A DNA stretch of 64,000 nucleotides from an uncultured delta proteobacterium (GTDB lineage Bacteria; Myxococcota_A; Polyangia; Haliangiales; Haliangiaceae). The stretch is from positions 4,800,001 to 4,864,000 of the forward strand of contig CAWKDB010000010.1 of NCBI GenBank assembly GCA_963848295.1. The letters are read 5' to 3'. Positions 32,536-43,089 of this stretch are shown one piece after another. Numbering within the stretch: the first letter of the stretch is position 1; each line of letters starts with the position of its first letter. A program made the translations under genes and the position numbers. Below the pieces are notes generated by a model, which saw only the letters and a program-made list of their open reading frames with translations, was not told where the DNA came from and did no database searches.

Positions 32536-33864
32536 CTACATCGAGGGGCCCCCGGAACGGGGCGGTCCGACCGGCGTCAAGTCGGCGACGGTCAGCGTCT
32601 CCTTATAGAAGACCGCGCCATCCGCGCCGACGCCGGATACCGAGATGGTGTCGGGGCCGACGTCGAGCACCGCGAAGTTGTACTGGACGTTGCGATAGAG
32701 CACGCCCGGTGCGGTTGGCCCTGGCGTCCCGAGGCCACGCGCTAGCGGGCCGGCCTGGAACTCGCGGATGCCGTATTGATGTCGATGCGCCGCGAAGAAG
32801 TGCTGGTCGCCCGAGAGAAACAACAGGCCGGGGATTTGGGCGGTGGCGAGCGCATCGAACATCACCTGGCGCTCGGTCGTGAAGCTCGACCAGGCGTCGT
32901 TGCCGGTCGCGAAGTCGAGCGGGATGGTCGTGAACACGAGCTTGAACGTCGCCGTGCTCTGCGCGATCGCCGCGAGAAACCATTGCAGCTGGGTCGCACC
33001 GAGCATCGTCTTGTTCGCGTCGTCGGGCGCGGCGTCGGCGCTGCGAAACCGCCGCGTGTCGAGCAAGAAGCCTTCGACATGCGCACCCCACCGCCACGAC
33101 CGGTAGCGAATTCCGGGCGGCGCGTCGCGCAGCGGGAAGAACTCGTCCCACACTTGCACCGCCGCGGCGTAGCGATCGGCCTCGGTCGCGACGAACTGTG
33201 CATCCCAGTTGTTGCGGAACTCGTGGTCGTCGTAGATCGAGCGCAAGCCGTGCAGCTTGAGCCAAGCGTGGACCTTCGGCGCGGCGCGCAGCTCGACATG
33301 GCGCTCGCGATAGGTCGCCACATCCATCGCCGGCGGGCCGTTGTCGGTGTACGGAAAGTCGCCGATCGTCACGAACAGCTCGGGCTCGTAGTCGGCGACA
33401 TGCTCGAGCAGCGCGCTGTCGAACTCGGAGGACGGATCGAGGTCGGCCGAGAACGCGATGCGCACCGGGCGAGGCTCGGCGTCGATCGGCGCCGTGCGCA
33501 CGGTGAACGGACCGGAGTGCGCGCCGTCGTCGAACACGACCGTGATGCTGTAGCTCGTGTCGGGCTCGAGCCCGGTGACGTCGACCGCGCCGTGGCCGCC
33601 GTCGTCGGACAGCGCGATCGCCACCGCGGTGACGTGATCGCCGCCGGTCGTCACCTGCGCGGTCGCGGTGCGCGCGCTCGCGGCCCAAGCAGCGACGATG
33701 ATCGCGTCGGTCGTCGGCTCGAACATCGCGGCGGTGTGCGTGTCGTCGTCGCTCTCCGGCAGGTCGTTGTCGCCGCAACCCGCGCTGTGCAACGCGAGTC
33801 CCGCGGCACCGACGCCGACGAGCCGAAGGACGTCGCGACGAGACGGTGCAGGCGTGCGAGTCAC
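32536..33864 (-). CDS. phoD: Alkaline phosphatase D family Tat lipoprotein
   Basis: SRRDVL Tat motif; GDFPYTD, YDDHEF.NNW, LDTRRFR, LSGDQH. Confidence 0.85.
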   Translation of the reverse strand: MTRTPAPSRRDVLRLVGVGAAGLALHSAGCGDNDLPESDDDTHTAAMFEPTTDAIIVAAWAASARTATAQVTTGGDHVTAVAIALSDDGGHGAVDVTGLEPDTSYSITVVFDDGAHSGPFTVRTAPIDAEPRPVRIAFSADLDPSSEFDSALLEHVADYEPELFVTIGDFPYTDNGPPAMDVATYRERHVELRAAPKVHAWLKLHGLRSIYDDHEFRNNWDAQFVATEADRYAAAVQVWDEFFPLRDAPPGIRYRSWRWGAHVEGFLLDTRRFRSADAAPDDANKTMLGATQLQWFLAAIAQSTATFKLVFTTIPLDFATGNDAWSSFTTERQVMFDALATAQIPGLLFLSGDQHFFAAHRHQYGIREFQAGPLARGLGTPGPTAPGVLYRNVQYNFAVLDVGPDTISVSGVGADGAVFYKETLTVADLTPVGPPRSGGPSM

Positions 33865-33911
33865 CGCGTGAAAGGATAGGCGATCTCGCGTCGCGGCGGT
33901 ATGACTTCGCG

Positions 33912-34604
33912 ATGGAGCGACTCCAGTTAGCGGGGCTCGATGCCCGAGTGGTCGGGCCGGCCGACGCGAAGGTCACCGCCGTCTTGCTGCACGGTTTCGG
34001 CGCACCCGGCGACGATCTCGTGCCGCTGTCGCAATACCTCGACGCGCCGGCGCGTTACGTGTTTCCCGAAGCGCCGATCGCGCTCGGCGGCCCGTACGGT
34101 GGCGGCCGCGCATGGTTTCGGCTCGATCTCGACAAGATGGAGCGCGAGCTGCGCAGCGGCGCGCCACGCGATCGGCGGGCCGAGGTCCCCGACGGCCTGC
34201 ACGAGGTCCGCGCTCGGGTCGCGCAGTTCATCACCGAGCTGCAAGCCGCGCTCGCGATCCCGAACGCCGCGCTCGTGCTCGGCGGGTTCTCGCAAGGCGC
34301 GATGATCGCCCTCGACGCGGCGCTGCATCGCGACGTCGCGCCCGCCGGGCTCGTGCTGATGTCCGGCACGATGCTCGCCGAAGCCGAATGGCAACCGCGG
34401 TTCGCAAAGCTCGCGGGCGTGCCGATCGAGCTGTCGCACGGCAAGCGCGATCCGCTGTTGCCGTTCGCGATCTCCGAGCTGCTGCGCGATCGCCTGATCG
34501 CCGCGGGCGCGATCGTCGACTGGCAGCCGTTCGACGGCGGCCACGAGATTCCGCCGCTGGTGCTCGCCGCCGCCGCCGAGCTGCTGACGAAGCTCGCCGG
34601 ATAG
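33912..34604 (+). CDS. Phospholipase/carboxylesterase (alpha/beta hydrolase)
   Basis: LLHGFGA, GFSQGA, HG.RDP, GGHEI. Confidence 0.92.
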   Translation: MERLQLAGLDARVVGPADAKVTAVLLHGFGAPGDDLVPLSQYLDAPARYVFPEAPIALGGPYGGGRAWFRLDLDKMERELRSGAPRDRRAEVPDGLHEVRARVAQFITELQAALAIPNAALVLGGFSQGAMIALDAALHRDVAPAGLVLMSGTMLAEAEWQPRFAKLAGVPIELSHGKRDPLLPFAISELLRDRLIAAGAIVDWQPFDGGHEIPPLVLAAAAELLTKLAG

Positions 34605-34611
34605 CTCCTAA

Positions 34612-35658
34612 TCAATTAGTCAGCAGCATGCCGCACAGCTGCGCGCCCGCATCCGGGCAGCACAGGTCGACGCCGGCGAACTGGCTCGTGTGAATGCATA
34701 CATGGGCGCCCTTCGACGGGTAGTAGTACGCCCAGAAGAAGCACATCTCGTCGTTCGCCGACTCGCCGAAACTCACGGTGCCTGCCTCGGAGTTGAACCA
34801 CGTGCATGTGAAGTCAAAGCCCGAGCCGGTCGGCACGGTGAACTCCGGGTTGAACGTCGCGGTCACCGGCTCGCTCCACAGGAACGGATCCGGCGCGTAG
34901 ATCGGTGTCAGCGTCCCGGTCGCGCTCGGCGCGGTGTTGATCTGAACATCGGTGCCGAGGTGGTGCTCGTGACCGGTGATCGCGAAGAACTTCGCGGTGC
35001 TGAGATCGAGGCCTGCCTTGCTCGGCGTGAAGAATTCGTGCAGCGTCGTCATCACGTTCGGCGGCAGCGAGATGTCGGGCGAGCCGATGAACAAGATCGA
35101 CGCCTCGTTGTTGATCGTCGCCGGGTCGGCGGCGTAGAAGTCCGCGGTCGCCATCAGCGAGATCGGCGTGTCGGTCGCGTTGATGTAATGGAGCTCGATC
35201 CGGATCATCTGGTTCGCGTTGAGCGTGTACGCGACGCCATCGGGCAGCGTCAGCTCGTCATCCTTTTTCTGCGTGATCATCAACGGGGCGACCATGCCGC
35301 TGGTGTTGAGCGCGCCGGTGAACGGCTGGCAGTCTTGCGGCACGGTCTGCTCGGTCGTGTCGAGGTCGTCCTTGTAGATGATCATGTGGTGCGAGCCGGT
35401 GCCGAGCACGTTGTGCAGCTGGTGCACTTTGATCTCGGTGGGGTTCGACAGCTTGAGGATCACGCACTGGGTGTCCTCGGTATCCGCGGGCACCGTGATC
35501 GGGCCCCATTGCAGCGAGTAGTCGGTGCCTTGCAACGGGGGAACATCCGCGGTCCCGCCGCCGTCGGGCTGGCCCTGCCCACCGCCACCGCCGCCGCCGA
35601 TGTTCTTGCCGCAAGCGGCAAGACCGAGGAACGAAATCGCGAGAGCGAGATGGCGCAT
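34612..35658 (-). CDS. Copper type II (PHM/DBH-like) monooxygenase-family lipoprotein
   Basis: Lipobox LAAC; SHHM, ELHYIN, GHEH, GES.NDEMC copper motifs. Confidence 0.8.
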   Translation of the reverse strand: MRHLALAISFLGLAACGKNIGGGGGGGQGQPDGGGTADVPPLQGTDYSLQWGPITVPADTEDTQCVILKLSNPTEIKVHQLHNVLGTGSHHMIIYKDDLDTTEQTVPQDCQPFTGALNTSGMVAPLMITQKKDDELTLPDGVAYTLNANQMIRIELHYINATDTPISLMATADFYAADPATINNEASILFIGSPDISLPPNVMTTLHEFFTPSKAGLDLSTAKFFAITGHEHHLGTDVQINTAPSATGTLTPIYAPDPFLWSEPVTATFNPEFTVPTGSGFDFTCTWFNSEAGTVSFGESANDEMCFFWAYYYPSKGAHVCIHTSQFAGVDLCCPDAGAQLCGMLLTN

Positions 35659-35743
35659 GCGAACCCCCTTAAGCGGGCGCAGTATTGCCCGACACCTTCT
35701 CGCTTGGATAGGCCCTTGTTGACTCGCGTTTAATGTAGCGAAT

Positions 35744-36676
35744 TCACGGAGAAATCCTCGTAATCTTGTAGCCTTTGGCGGCCAGCAGGTCGAGCACGCT
35801 GCGCTTTCCGAGCAGGTGCATCGCACCGACCGCGACGAAGCCACCGCCATCGGCGTGGAGCTGCTCGAGCTCCGGGATCCACGATGCATTGCGATCGTAG
35901 AGCATCTCGTTCATCTCCTGATCGTACTCGGCGTCGGTGTGGCCGTGGCGCTTCGCATCGGCGCGCTCTTCGTCTGTGAGCTCCGTCGTCTTCGCGTCGT
36001 CGCCGGCGAGATACGCATCGATCAGCTCGTGCTGGCGCGCCGCGGAGGTGTCGAGGTCGTCGATCATGTCCTTGAGCGCGCGCGCGTCCATCCACTTCTC
36101 GAGCAGCTTCTCCTGCTTGGCGGCCGGCTCGAGGTAGACGATCTGCTCGTGGTTGTTGATCGCGCGGCCGAGCAGCACCGAGTCCATCGCACCGGTTTTC
36201 GGTATGTCTTTCATCGACAACATCGTCGCGGCGACCATCGGCTTCATCCGATCGACCCGGCTCGCGACCGGCGCCGTGAGCGCGCCCTCGAGCTTGTGCC
36301 AGTAGTCGTCGCCGATCTCCTGGTGCACGGTCTCGCCGGCCGGTAGCTTGAGGTCGCCGAGCGCCGAGTCGTTGATGTCGGTCTCCATCGCGAACGCGCG
36401 CGCGGCGTCGAGCTTGTCCCAGACGATCTGGGGAAGCTGCGCTTCGGCGTCGATGCCGACGTGCATCGTGCCGAGCATGTACGTCGTCTTGCCGTCCTTC
36501 TCGACCGACCAGAAGAACGGATGCGGCAGCGGGTGCTTGACCACCGGCTTGACGGCCCACGGATCGGCGGAGCTCACCGTCTTGCCTTGGTCGGCCGGCG
36601 CGGTCGCCCGATCTGACTTCTGACAGGCGGCGGCGGCCAGGATCGCGATGAGGTAGGCGAACATGCGACGCGTCAT
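35744..36676 (-). CDS. TraB/GumN (Tiki-like) family lipoprotein
   Basis: YMLGTMH, YLE, RNASW, FVAVGAMHL.G..SVL..L. Confidence 0.88.
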   Translation of the reverse strand: MTRRMFAYLIAILAAAACQKSDRATAPADQGKTVSSADPWAVKPVVKHPLPHPFFWSVEKDGKTTYMLGTMHVGIDAEAQLPQIVWDKLDAARAFAMETDINDSALGDLKLPAGETVHQEIGDDYWHKLEGALTAPVASRVDRMKPMVAATMLSMKDIPKTGAMDSVLLGRAINNHEQIVYLEPAAKQEKLLEKWMDARALKDMIDDLDTSAARQHELIDAYLAGDDAKTTELTDEERADAKRHGHTDAEYDQEMNEMLYDRNASWIPELEQLHADGGGFVAVGAMHLLGKRSVLDLLAAKGYKITRISP

Positions 36677-36750
36677 GGGCGGACCTTTACCATGCAAATC
36701 GTAGCCTCGCTCACAGAACCTCGGGCGCGCCCGGGCGACACTATCGAGAC

Positions 36751-37266
36751 ATGCGGCATCGGCTCGTGATCGGTCTACTGCTCGGAGCGCTCGGCGCCAG
36801 CGCGGCCGCGGCACCCAGGATCGCGACGCCGACAGCCGAGCCGGCGACTTTCATGATCCGCGATCGGCTCGCTGCGGATCCCGATGCACTATGGCCGAGG
36901 TTGCCGCAGGACCACGAGCTGTCGATGGACGATCGCATGGTCGATAACTTCAGCGACTGGACCAATCGCGTGATGGGCGCTCATCTGGACAAGATGTCGC
37001 ACGACCTGGTCGCGCTGCACGTCGACATGCGAGCCGGTCGCGCGCGGCTGCGCTTCGGCATGGGCGACGGCCGGTTCCTCAAGTTCAAGTTCGATAGCGA
37101 TTGGCACTTCGTCGACGGCAAAGCGCGGATGATCGCGAAGCTCGACCTCGGCGTGTCCGGCCACATGTTGCACGTCGACGTCCCAGCCGTCGACGTGTCG
37201 ACCGACTCGTATCGCGGTCAGGATCTCGTCCAGGTCAACGTGCCGTTGCTCCAGCGGACCTGGTAA
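36751..37266 (+). CDS. Hypothetical secreted protein
   Basis: Signal peptide, typical codon usage, beta-rich C-terminus ending in W. Confidence 0.6.
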   Translation: MRHRLVIGLLLGALGASAAAAPRIATPTAEPATFMIRDRLAADPDALWPRLPQDHELSMDDRMVDNFSDWTNRVMGAHLDKMSHDLVALHVDMRAGRARLRFGMGDGRFLKFKFDSDWHFVDGKARMIAKLDLGVSGHMLHVDVPAVDVSTDSYRGQDLVQVNVPLLQRTW

Positions 37267-37299
37267 GCCACCGCCCCGGCAAAGGGGTATAAGCGGCGG

Positions 37300-39021
37300 A
37301 TGAGATCGGTCGCTGCCGCGCTGCTCGCGGTCGCCGCATGCCAGTCCGCGCCGCTTGCACCGGTCGCGCGGAACGCGCCACTCGCGCCGGCCGAGCTCGG
37401 GCCGGTCACGATCTCGATCATCGGCACCAACGACGTCCACGGCGCGATCACGCGGCTCCCGTTGTTCGCCGGCTACGTCGCGAACGTCCGTACCGCGCGC
37501 AAAGCTGATGGCGGCGGCGTCTTGCTGATCGACGCGGGCGACATCTTTCAAGGCACGTTCGAGTCGAACCTCGGCGAGGGCGTCGACATGATCCGCGCGT
37601 ACAACGCGCTCGGCTACACCGCCGCGACGATCGGCAATCACGAGTTCGACTACGGGCCGGTCGGCCCGGCGACGCGACCGGGTCCGGGCGACGACCCGCA
37701 GGGCGCGCTCAAGGCCCGGATCAGCGAAGCGACGTTTCCATTCGTCGATTCGAATCTCGTCGACGTCTCGGGCAAGCTGCCGCACTGGGCGAACCTGAGC
37801 GCGGGCACGATCGTCACGGTCGCCGGTCATCGCATCGGCATCGTCGGGGCGACGACCGAGTCGACGCCGCATAGCACGATGCCGTCGAACTTCGCCGGCC
37901 TCGCGATCGCGAAGCCCGAGGCGATCGCGGTCGCTGCGAAGGACTTGCGCGCGCATGGCGCCGAGCTCGTGATCCTCGCCGCGCACCTCGGTAGCGAGTG
38001 CTCGAGGTTCGACGATCCGCGCGACAGCTCGTCGTGTGACCGCAAGCAGGAGATCTTCGAGGTGTTGCCCGCGGTGCATGGCGTCGTCGACGCGATCGTC
38101 GCCGGTCACACGCACGCTGGCATCGCGCACGAGCTCGACGGGATCCCCACGATCGAGTCGTTCTCGTCGGCGGTCGCGTTCGGTCGGATCGACCTGCATG
38201 TCGCGGCCGACGGCCACATCCTCGACTCGAAGATCTTTCCACCGCAGCGCATGTGCCCGCTGGCCCCGGGCGCGAGCGACGAGAAGACGCCGCCGGTCGA
38301 CTGCAAACCGGACGACTATGAAGGTGCGCCGGTCGTGCGCGACCCGAAGATCCAAGCCGTCGTCGACGGCGCCCTGGCGCGCGCCGGCACGGCGCGGACC
38401 GAGAAGCTCGGCATCACGCTGACCGCGCCGATCACGAAGCTGTATCGAGCCGAATCGATCGAGGGCGACTGGTTCACCGACTTGATGCGCGCCGCGCAAC
38501 CGACGGCCCAGCTCGCGTTGACCAACGGCGGCGGGTTGCGCGCGGATGTGCCGGCGGGCGAGGTCACGTATGGCCAGGTGTTCGAGGCGATGCCGTTCGA
38601 TAATCGGTTCACGCTCGTCGACGTCACCGGCGCGCAGTTGCACGAGCTCGTAACCTCGAACCTCGAGAACCACGCCGGGCTGATGTCGTGGTCGGGCTTG
38701 ACCGTGAAGGCGCGCTGCGCCGGTGGCAAGCTCGATGTCGCGATCACGGTCGGCGGCAAGCCGCTGGTAAACACGAAGCGGTACACGGTCGCGACGACCG
38801 ATTTTCTCGCGACCGGCGGCGATGGCGCGCTCGCGGCGCTGAAGCTACCGGCCGATGCGTTTCATCCAACCGACGTGATCGTTCGCGAAGCGATCGTCGA
38901 GCTGCTGCGCCATCGCAAGGGCGTGGAAGCGACGATCGATCCGAAGCGGATCTTCGACGGCGTACACGGCCGGCTCGAGTTCCCGGGGGCGCGCCCGGTG
39001 ACGTGCGGAGGGTCGCCGTGA
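37300..39021 (+). CDS. Bifunctional metallophosphatase/5'-nucleotidase lipoprotein
   Basis: TNDVHG, DAGD, GNHEFDYG, AGHTH, NGGGLR, MPFDN, FLATGGDG. Confidence 0.92.
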   Translation: MRSVAAALLAVAACQSAPLAPVARNAPLAPAELGPVTISIIGTNDVHGAITRLPLFAGYVANVRTARKADGGGVLLIDAGDIFQGTFESNLGEGVDMIRAYNALGYTAATIGNHEFDYGPVGPATRPGPGDDPQGALKARISEATFPFVDSNLVDVSGKLPHWANLSAGTIVTVAGHRIGIVGATTESTPHSTMPSNFAGLAIAKPEAIAVAAKDLRAHGAELVILAAHLGSECSRFDDPRDSSSCDRKQEIFEVLPAVHGVVDAIVAGHTHAGIAHELDGIPTIESFSSAVAFGRIDLHVAADGHILDSKIFPPQRMCPLAPGASDEKTPPVDCKPDDYEGAPVVRDPKIQAVVDGALARAGTARTEKLGITLTAPITKLYRAESIEGDWFTDLMRAAQPTAQLALTNGGGLRADVPAGEVTYGQVFEAMPFDNRFTLVDVTGAQLHELVTSNLENHAGLMSWSGLTVKARCAGGKLDVAITVGGKPLVNTKRYTVATTDFLATGGDGALAALKLPADAFHPTDVIVREAIVELLRHRKGVEATIDPKRIFDGVHGRLEFPGARPVTCGGSP

Positions 39022-40355
39022 CCTGGTCGCCGACGAGCTGGAAGACACGCGCGGCATCGCAACAGGTCGAGTACGCCGATCCGGTCGCGCTCGATCGCGT
39101 CGTCGAACAGATCGGCCGGCTGCCGCCGCTCGTCACGTCCTGGGAGATCGAGCAACTGCGCACCGAGCTCGCGCGGGCGGCGCGCGGTGAGGCGTTCGTG
39201 CTGCAAGGCGGCGATTGCGCCGAGAGCTTCGACGACTGCCGATCCGAGCCGATCGCGGCGAAGCTGAAGATCCTGCTGCAGATGAGCCTCGTGCTCGTCC
39301 ATGGCACGCGCAAGCGGGTCGTTCGCATCGGGCGGATCGCCGGCCAATACGCGAAGCCGCGCTCGGCCGACACCGAGACCAAAGCGGGCGTCACGCTGCC
39401 CGCCTATCGCGGGGACCTCATCAACCGCGACGGCTTCACCGCCGCCGACCGCGCGCCCGATCCGGTGCTGATGCTGCGCGCCTACGAGCGCGCGGGTCTG
39501 ACGCTCAACTTCATCCGCGCCTTGACCGACGGCGGGTTCGCGGATCTCCACCACCCCGAGTATTGGGACGTGTCGTTCGCGAAGGGCTCGCCGCGCGCCG
39601 CCGGCTACGAGCGGATCGTCAGCTCGATCCGCGAGTCGCTCGACTTCGTCAGTGCGATCACCGGCGTCGAGGCCGAGGCCTTGCGGCGAGTCGACGTCTA
39701 CACGAGCCACGAAGCGCTCGCGCTGCCGTACGAACAAGCGCAGACCCGCCAGGTGCCGCGCCGCGACGGTCACTACAACCTGTCGACCCACTTCCCGTGG
39801 ATCGGCATGCGCACCGCGCAGCTCGACGGTGCACACGTCGAGTTTCACCGTGGCATCAACAACCCGCTCGGCATCAAGGTCGGCCCCGCGATGACGGGCG
39901 AGTGGCTGGTCGGCTTGCTCGACGCGCTCGACGCCGACCACACGCCGGGGCGGATCACGCTGATCGCGCGCATGGGCGCCGACCACGTCGCCTCGAAGCT
40001 GCCGCCGCTCGTCGAGGCGGTCCGCGCGGCCGGACGCACCGTCTTGTGGATGTGCGATCCGATGCACGGCAACACCGAGACGCTGCCGCAAGGGATCAAG
40101 ACGCGACGGTTCGACAAGATCGTCGACGAGCTCGAGCAGAGCTTCACGTTGCACGCGCAGCTCGGATCGCGGCTCGGGGGAGCGCATATCGAGCTCACCG
40201 GCGAAGACGTCACCGAGTGTATCGGCGGCGCACGCGGCTTGGCCGAAGTCGATCTCGAGCGCGCGTACAAATCGCGCGTCGATCCGCGGCTCAACTACGA
40301 GCAGGCGCTCGAGGTGGCAATGCGGATCGCTGACCACGTGAGAGGTACAACATGA
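39018..40355 (+). CDS. Class II DAHP synthase
   Basis: QGGDCAESF, RIAGQYAKPRS, CDPMHGNT, DPRLN; GTGA overlap. Confidence 0.95.
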   Translation: MTWSPTSWKTRAASQQVEYADPVALDRVVEQIGRLPPLVTSWEIEQLRTELARAARGEAFVLQGGDCAESFDDCRSEPIAAKLKILLQMSLVLVHGTRKRVVRIGRIAGQYAKPRSADTETKAGVTLPAYRGDLINRDGFTAADRAPDPVLMLRAYERAGLTLNFIRALTDGGFADLHHPEYWDVSFAKGSPRAAGYERIVSSIRESLDFVSAITGVEAEALRRVDVYTSHEALALPYEQAQTRQVPRRDGHYNLSTHFPWIGMRTAQLDGAHVEFHRGINNPLGIKVGPAMTGEWLVGLLDALDADHTPGRITLIARMGADHVASKLPPLVEAVRAAGRTVLWMCDPMHGNTETLPQGIKTRRFDKIVDELEQSFTLHAQLGSRLGGAHIELTGEDVTECIGGARGLAEVDLERAYKSRVDPRLNYEQALEVAMRIADHVRGTT

Positions 40356-41086
40356 GCGCACCCGGCATCTTTGGGCATCGCAGTCTGTTCTGGCGCGTGA
40401 TCTCGAGCTGGATGGTGCCGGTCATGATGACCGTCGCCTACCTCTTCATGATGTTCACGAGTAGGCGCAGCGACGACAGTGCGCAGACCTGGGTCGCGCG
40501 CGGCTGGATGGCGATCGGACTTATCCTCGTCTACGTCGTGTGGGGGATGTTCCGGTTCCTGACGACGAACGCCGCGCTGTCTCGCGCGGTCGCGGTCGGT
40601 GACGCCGATCGGCTACTGGAGATCGTCGACGCGAAGCTCGGCCGCAAGCGTCGCCCGGGCGCGCTCTGGATCTATCGTGCGATCGGGCTCGAGCTGCGTG
40701 GCGATCACGGCGATGCGCTCGCAGCGCTCGATCGCGCAGCCCAGGCGCGCTCGCTCAACCAGCGGCAACGCGCACTCGCCGCGAACGTGCGCATCGCCGT
40801 GCTCGTCGAGCAGGGCGAGGCCGCCGCAGCGCGCGACGTGTTCGATCGCGAGCTCGCGACCGCGCGCGATCCCTCGGCCGCGCTCGCCGAAGCGCGCATC
40901 TTGTGGGCCGAGCACGATCCGCAAGCGCCTGCGCGCTTCGCGAAGATCGTCGACGACATCCGCGCCGGCGCCGCGGTGCGCGCCGATGCCCATCGCTACC
41001 TCGCAAAGATCGCCGACACCGACCACGACGAGACCGCTCGCGCGAAGCACGCCGCTGCAGAGCAGCGACTCAGAACGAACCGCTGA
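40352..41086 (+). CDS. Hypothetical membrane protein with TPR-like helices
   Basis: Two N-terminal TMs; ATGA overlap. Confidence 0.6.
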   Translation: MSAPGIFGHRSLFWRVISSWMVPVMMTVAYLFMMFTSRRSDDSAQTWVARGWMAIGLILVYVVWGMFRFLTTNAALSRAVAVGDADRLLEIVDAKLGRKRRPGALWIYRAIGLELRGDHGDALAALDRAAQARSLNQRQRALAANVRIAVLVEQGEAAAARDVFDRELATARDPSAALAEARILWAEHDPQAPARFAKIVDDIRAGAAVRADAHRYLAKIADTDHDETARAKHAAAEQRLRTNR

Positions 41087-42044
41087 GCGCCACGCCGAAC
41101 GAGCTCGGCGTCACGACCGGAGCGAACGCGGTCGACGACACGCGCTGCTTGTCGGGCGCGGTGATGTAGAGATAGGCACCGGCGGCGACCGCGGCGAGGC
41201 CGACGCCGAAGACGATGTTTCCGCCATACGTCGCGATGCTGTTGCGGTGGTTGCAGCTGTTGCCGTTCGCCTTCGTGTACCCGCAGATCTGGTCGGTCGA
41301 CGGCATCGAAATGGTTGGCGGGTGCGCCAGGTCCTCTTCGGCATTGTGTTCGTGCCAGCCGATGCCGCCGGCGATCGCGATCAGGACGCCGCCGCCGACC
41401 GCCGTGATGATCCCGATGCGGCGCCGCTTCCTGCCCGGATCGATCAGCGTGCTGTCGGTGCCGGCTTCGAACGCGAGGGTAAGCGTCTGACCGCCTTGGC
41501 CCGCGACCGTGAAGTCTTGGTGGATCTCCTTGTTGCCCGGTGCGCGCGCGTCGAGCGCATGCCGCCCCGGGTCGACCTCGACCCGGGCGTAGTCAGATTC
41601 CGGCACGGTGGCGCCGTCGATCATCACCGTGACGCCTGGCGGCGCCGGCGCGGCGATAGCGATCGAGATCGAAGCGACGAGGGCGGCTAGCGAGGCCGTG
41701 TGTTCCTTCGCCGCCTGTTCGAACGGCGCGAGCCCGGTCTCGAACGCACGAACCTGGGCGCGGCGAAACCAATACAGCGCGGTCTTGTACTTCTTGAGCG
41801 CCTCGTTACACAGCCCGAGGTTGAGCTCCGTGCCGGCGGCGGTCGGGTCGAGCTCGATCGCCTTGCTGAACTTGTCGCAGGCCTCGGCCGCCTCGTGCTC
41901 GTCCATCAGCTTGCGGCCTTCGGCGAACAGCTTGTCGGCCTGCGCGAGCTTCGGCTCGGGCCCCGCGCTCGCGCCGGCCGCCATGCCGACGACGACCAGC
42001 GCCGTCGCGAACCAGACCCCCGCGTCGCGCATCACCGTCATCAT
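41070..42044 (-). CDS. Secreted TPR + PEGA-like protein
   Basis: LFAEG..AC.KF....LDP..GT.LNLG.C; V.IDG..VDPG.H; C-terminal TM and GSF end. Confidence 0.78.
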   Translation of the reverse strand: MMTVMRDAGVWFATALVVVGMAAGASAGPEPKLAQADKLFAEGRKLMDEHEAAEACDKFSKAIELDPTAAGTELNLGLCNEALKKYKTALYWFRRAQVRAFETGLAPFEQAAKEHTASLAALVASISIAIAAPAPPGVTVMIDGATVPESDYARVEVDPGRHALDARAPGNKEIHQDFTVAGQGGQTLTLAFEAGTDSTLIDPGRKRRRIGIITAVGGGVLIAIAGGIGWHEHNAEEDLAHPPTISMPSTDQICGYTKANGNSCNHRNSIATYGGNIVFGVGLAAVAAGAYLYITAPDKQRVSSTAFAPVVTPSSFGVALSGSF

Positions 42045-42063
42045 ACCCTAGCCAGACGCGGTT

Positions 42064-43035
42064 TTAGAAGCTCCCGACCGCCGCAAGCCCGGCCGAGCTC
42101 GGGTTCAGCTGCGGGACGAGTGCGATGTGGTGCTCGTCGTGCGGGCCGAGCACGAACAGCGTCGCGCCGACGCCGATCGCTACTGCACTAGCGACGCCGA
42201 CGACGGTGGCGGCGTTGCCGAGCGAGTGCGCGTTGACCTGTGCCCTGAAGCCGGCCGGGTTGCACTCACCGGTGCTCGCATCGCAGTACGCGGTCGTCGG
42301 CCCGGGTTGCGCACTGTACGGCCTCTGGTAGTCCTCGTGCGCGACGAGCGCGGCGACGGTGGCGGCGATCGCGGCGGCCACGCCGATCCCTGCCGTGACC
42401 GCGCCGGCGGTGCGCATGCCGTGCTTGATCGTGACCGGCTCGGGCAGGGGCGGGACCGCGAGCGCGAGGTGCTGGCGTTCGACCACCCGGACGCGCTTCT
42501 CGAACGGCACGCGATGGGGGGCGCTGATCTCGATCAGCACCTCGCCAGGATCGACCGCGATGTCACCGACCGCATCGAGCGGGATCACGACATCGGCGAC
42601 CACGACCTTGGTATCGGGCAGCGGCGCGATCCCGAACGCGAGTGAAATGTGTGGGACGCGCGGCTCGATGTCGGTGAGCTGCTGCGATGCGGCCGCGCGA
42701 TACGCGGCGAGATCGCGCTCGGTCGCGAGATCGAGCGCGCGGCGAAATCGCTTTGCGGCGCTCGCCCATAACCCGGCTTCTTGATTGCACCGGCCGACAT
42801 TCATGATCGTGCCGACCGCCTCGGGATTGAACTTCAGCGCTTCGCTGTACTTTGCGCATGCGCCGGTCCGGTCGCCGGCTTGCTCTAGCTTCTTGCCGGC
42901 GTCGAACAGCGCATCGGCCTTCGCCGGATCGAACGGATCGGCGCGCGCCGCCGCGATCGGCAGCGCGGCCGCAACGGCGGCGACGATCACGAGCAGGCGC
43001 ATCGCGCGAAATGGTATCAGCGACCGACGTCGCAT
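42064..43035 (-). CDS. Secreted TPR + PEGA-like protein (paralog)
   Basis: Same architecture as the neighbour: ALFDAG..AC.KY..GT..N.G.C, VDPG, GSF end. Confidence 0.75.
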   Translation of the reverse strand: MRRRSLIPFRAMRLLVIVAAVAAALPIAAARADPFDPAKADALFDAGKKLEQAGDRTGACAKYSEALKFNPEAVGTIMNVGRCNQEAGLWASAAKRFRRALDLATERDLAAYRAAASQQLTDIEPRVPHISLAFGIAPLPDTKVVVADVVIPLDAVGDIAVDPGEVLIEISAPHRVPFEKRVRVVERQHLALAVPPLPEPVTIKHGMRTAGAVTAGIGVAAAIAATVAALVAHEDYQRPYSAQPGPTTAYCDASTGECNPAGFRAQVNAHSLGNAATVVGVASAVAIGVGATLFVLGPHDEHHIALVPQLNPSSAGLAAVGSF

Positions 43036-43089
43036 GCATGTTAGTGGCGGACCGGGCTACAGATACCAGGCGCGCGTCCACGATCCGGG

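Noticed and set aside
35744..36676. TraB as evidence of conjugation
   Set aside because: It belongs to the TraB/GumN metalloprotein family; no transfer genes are nearby.
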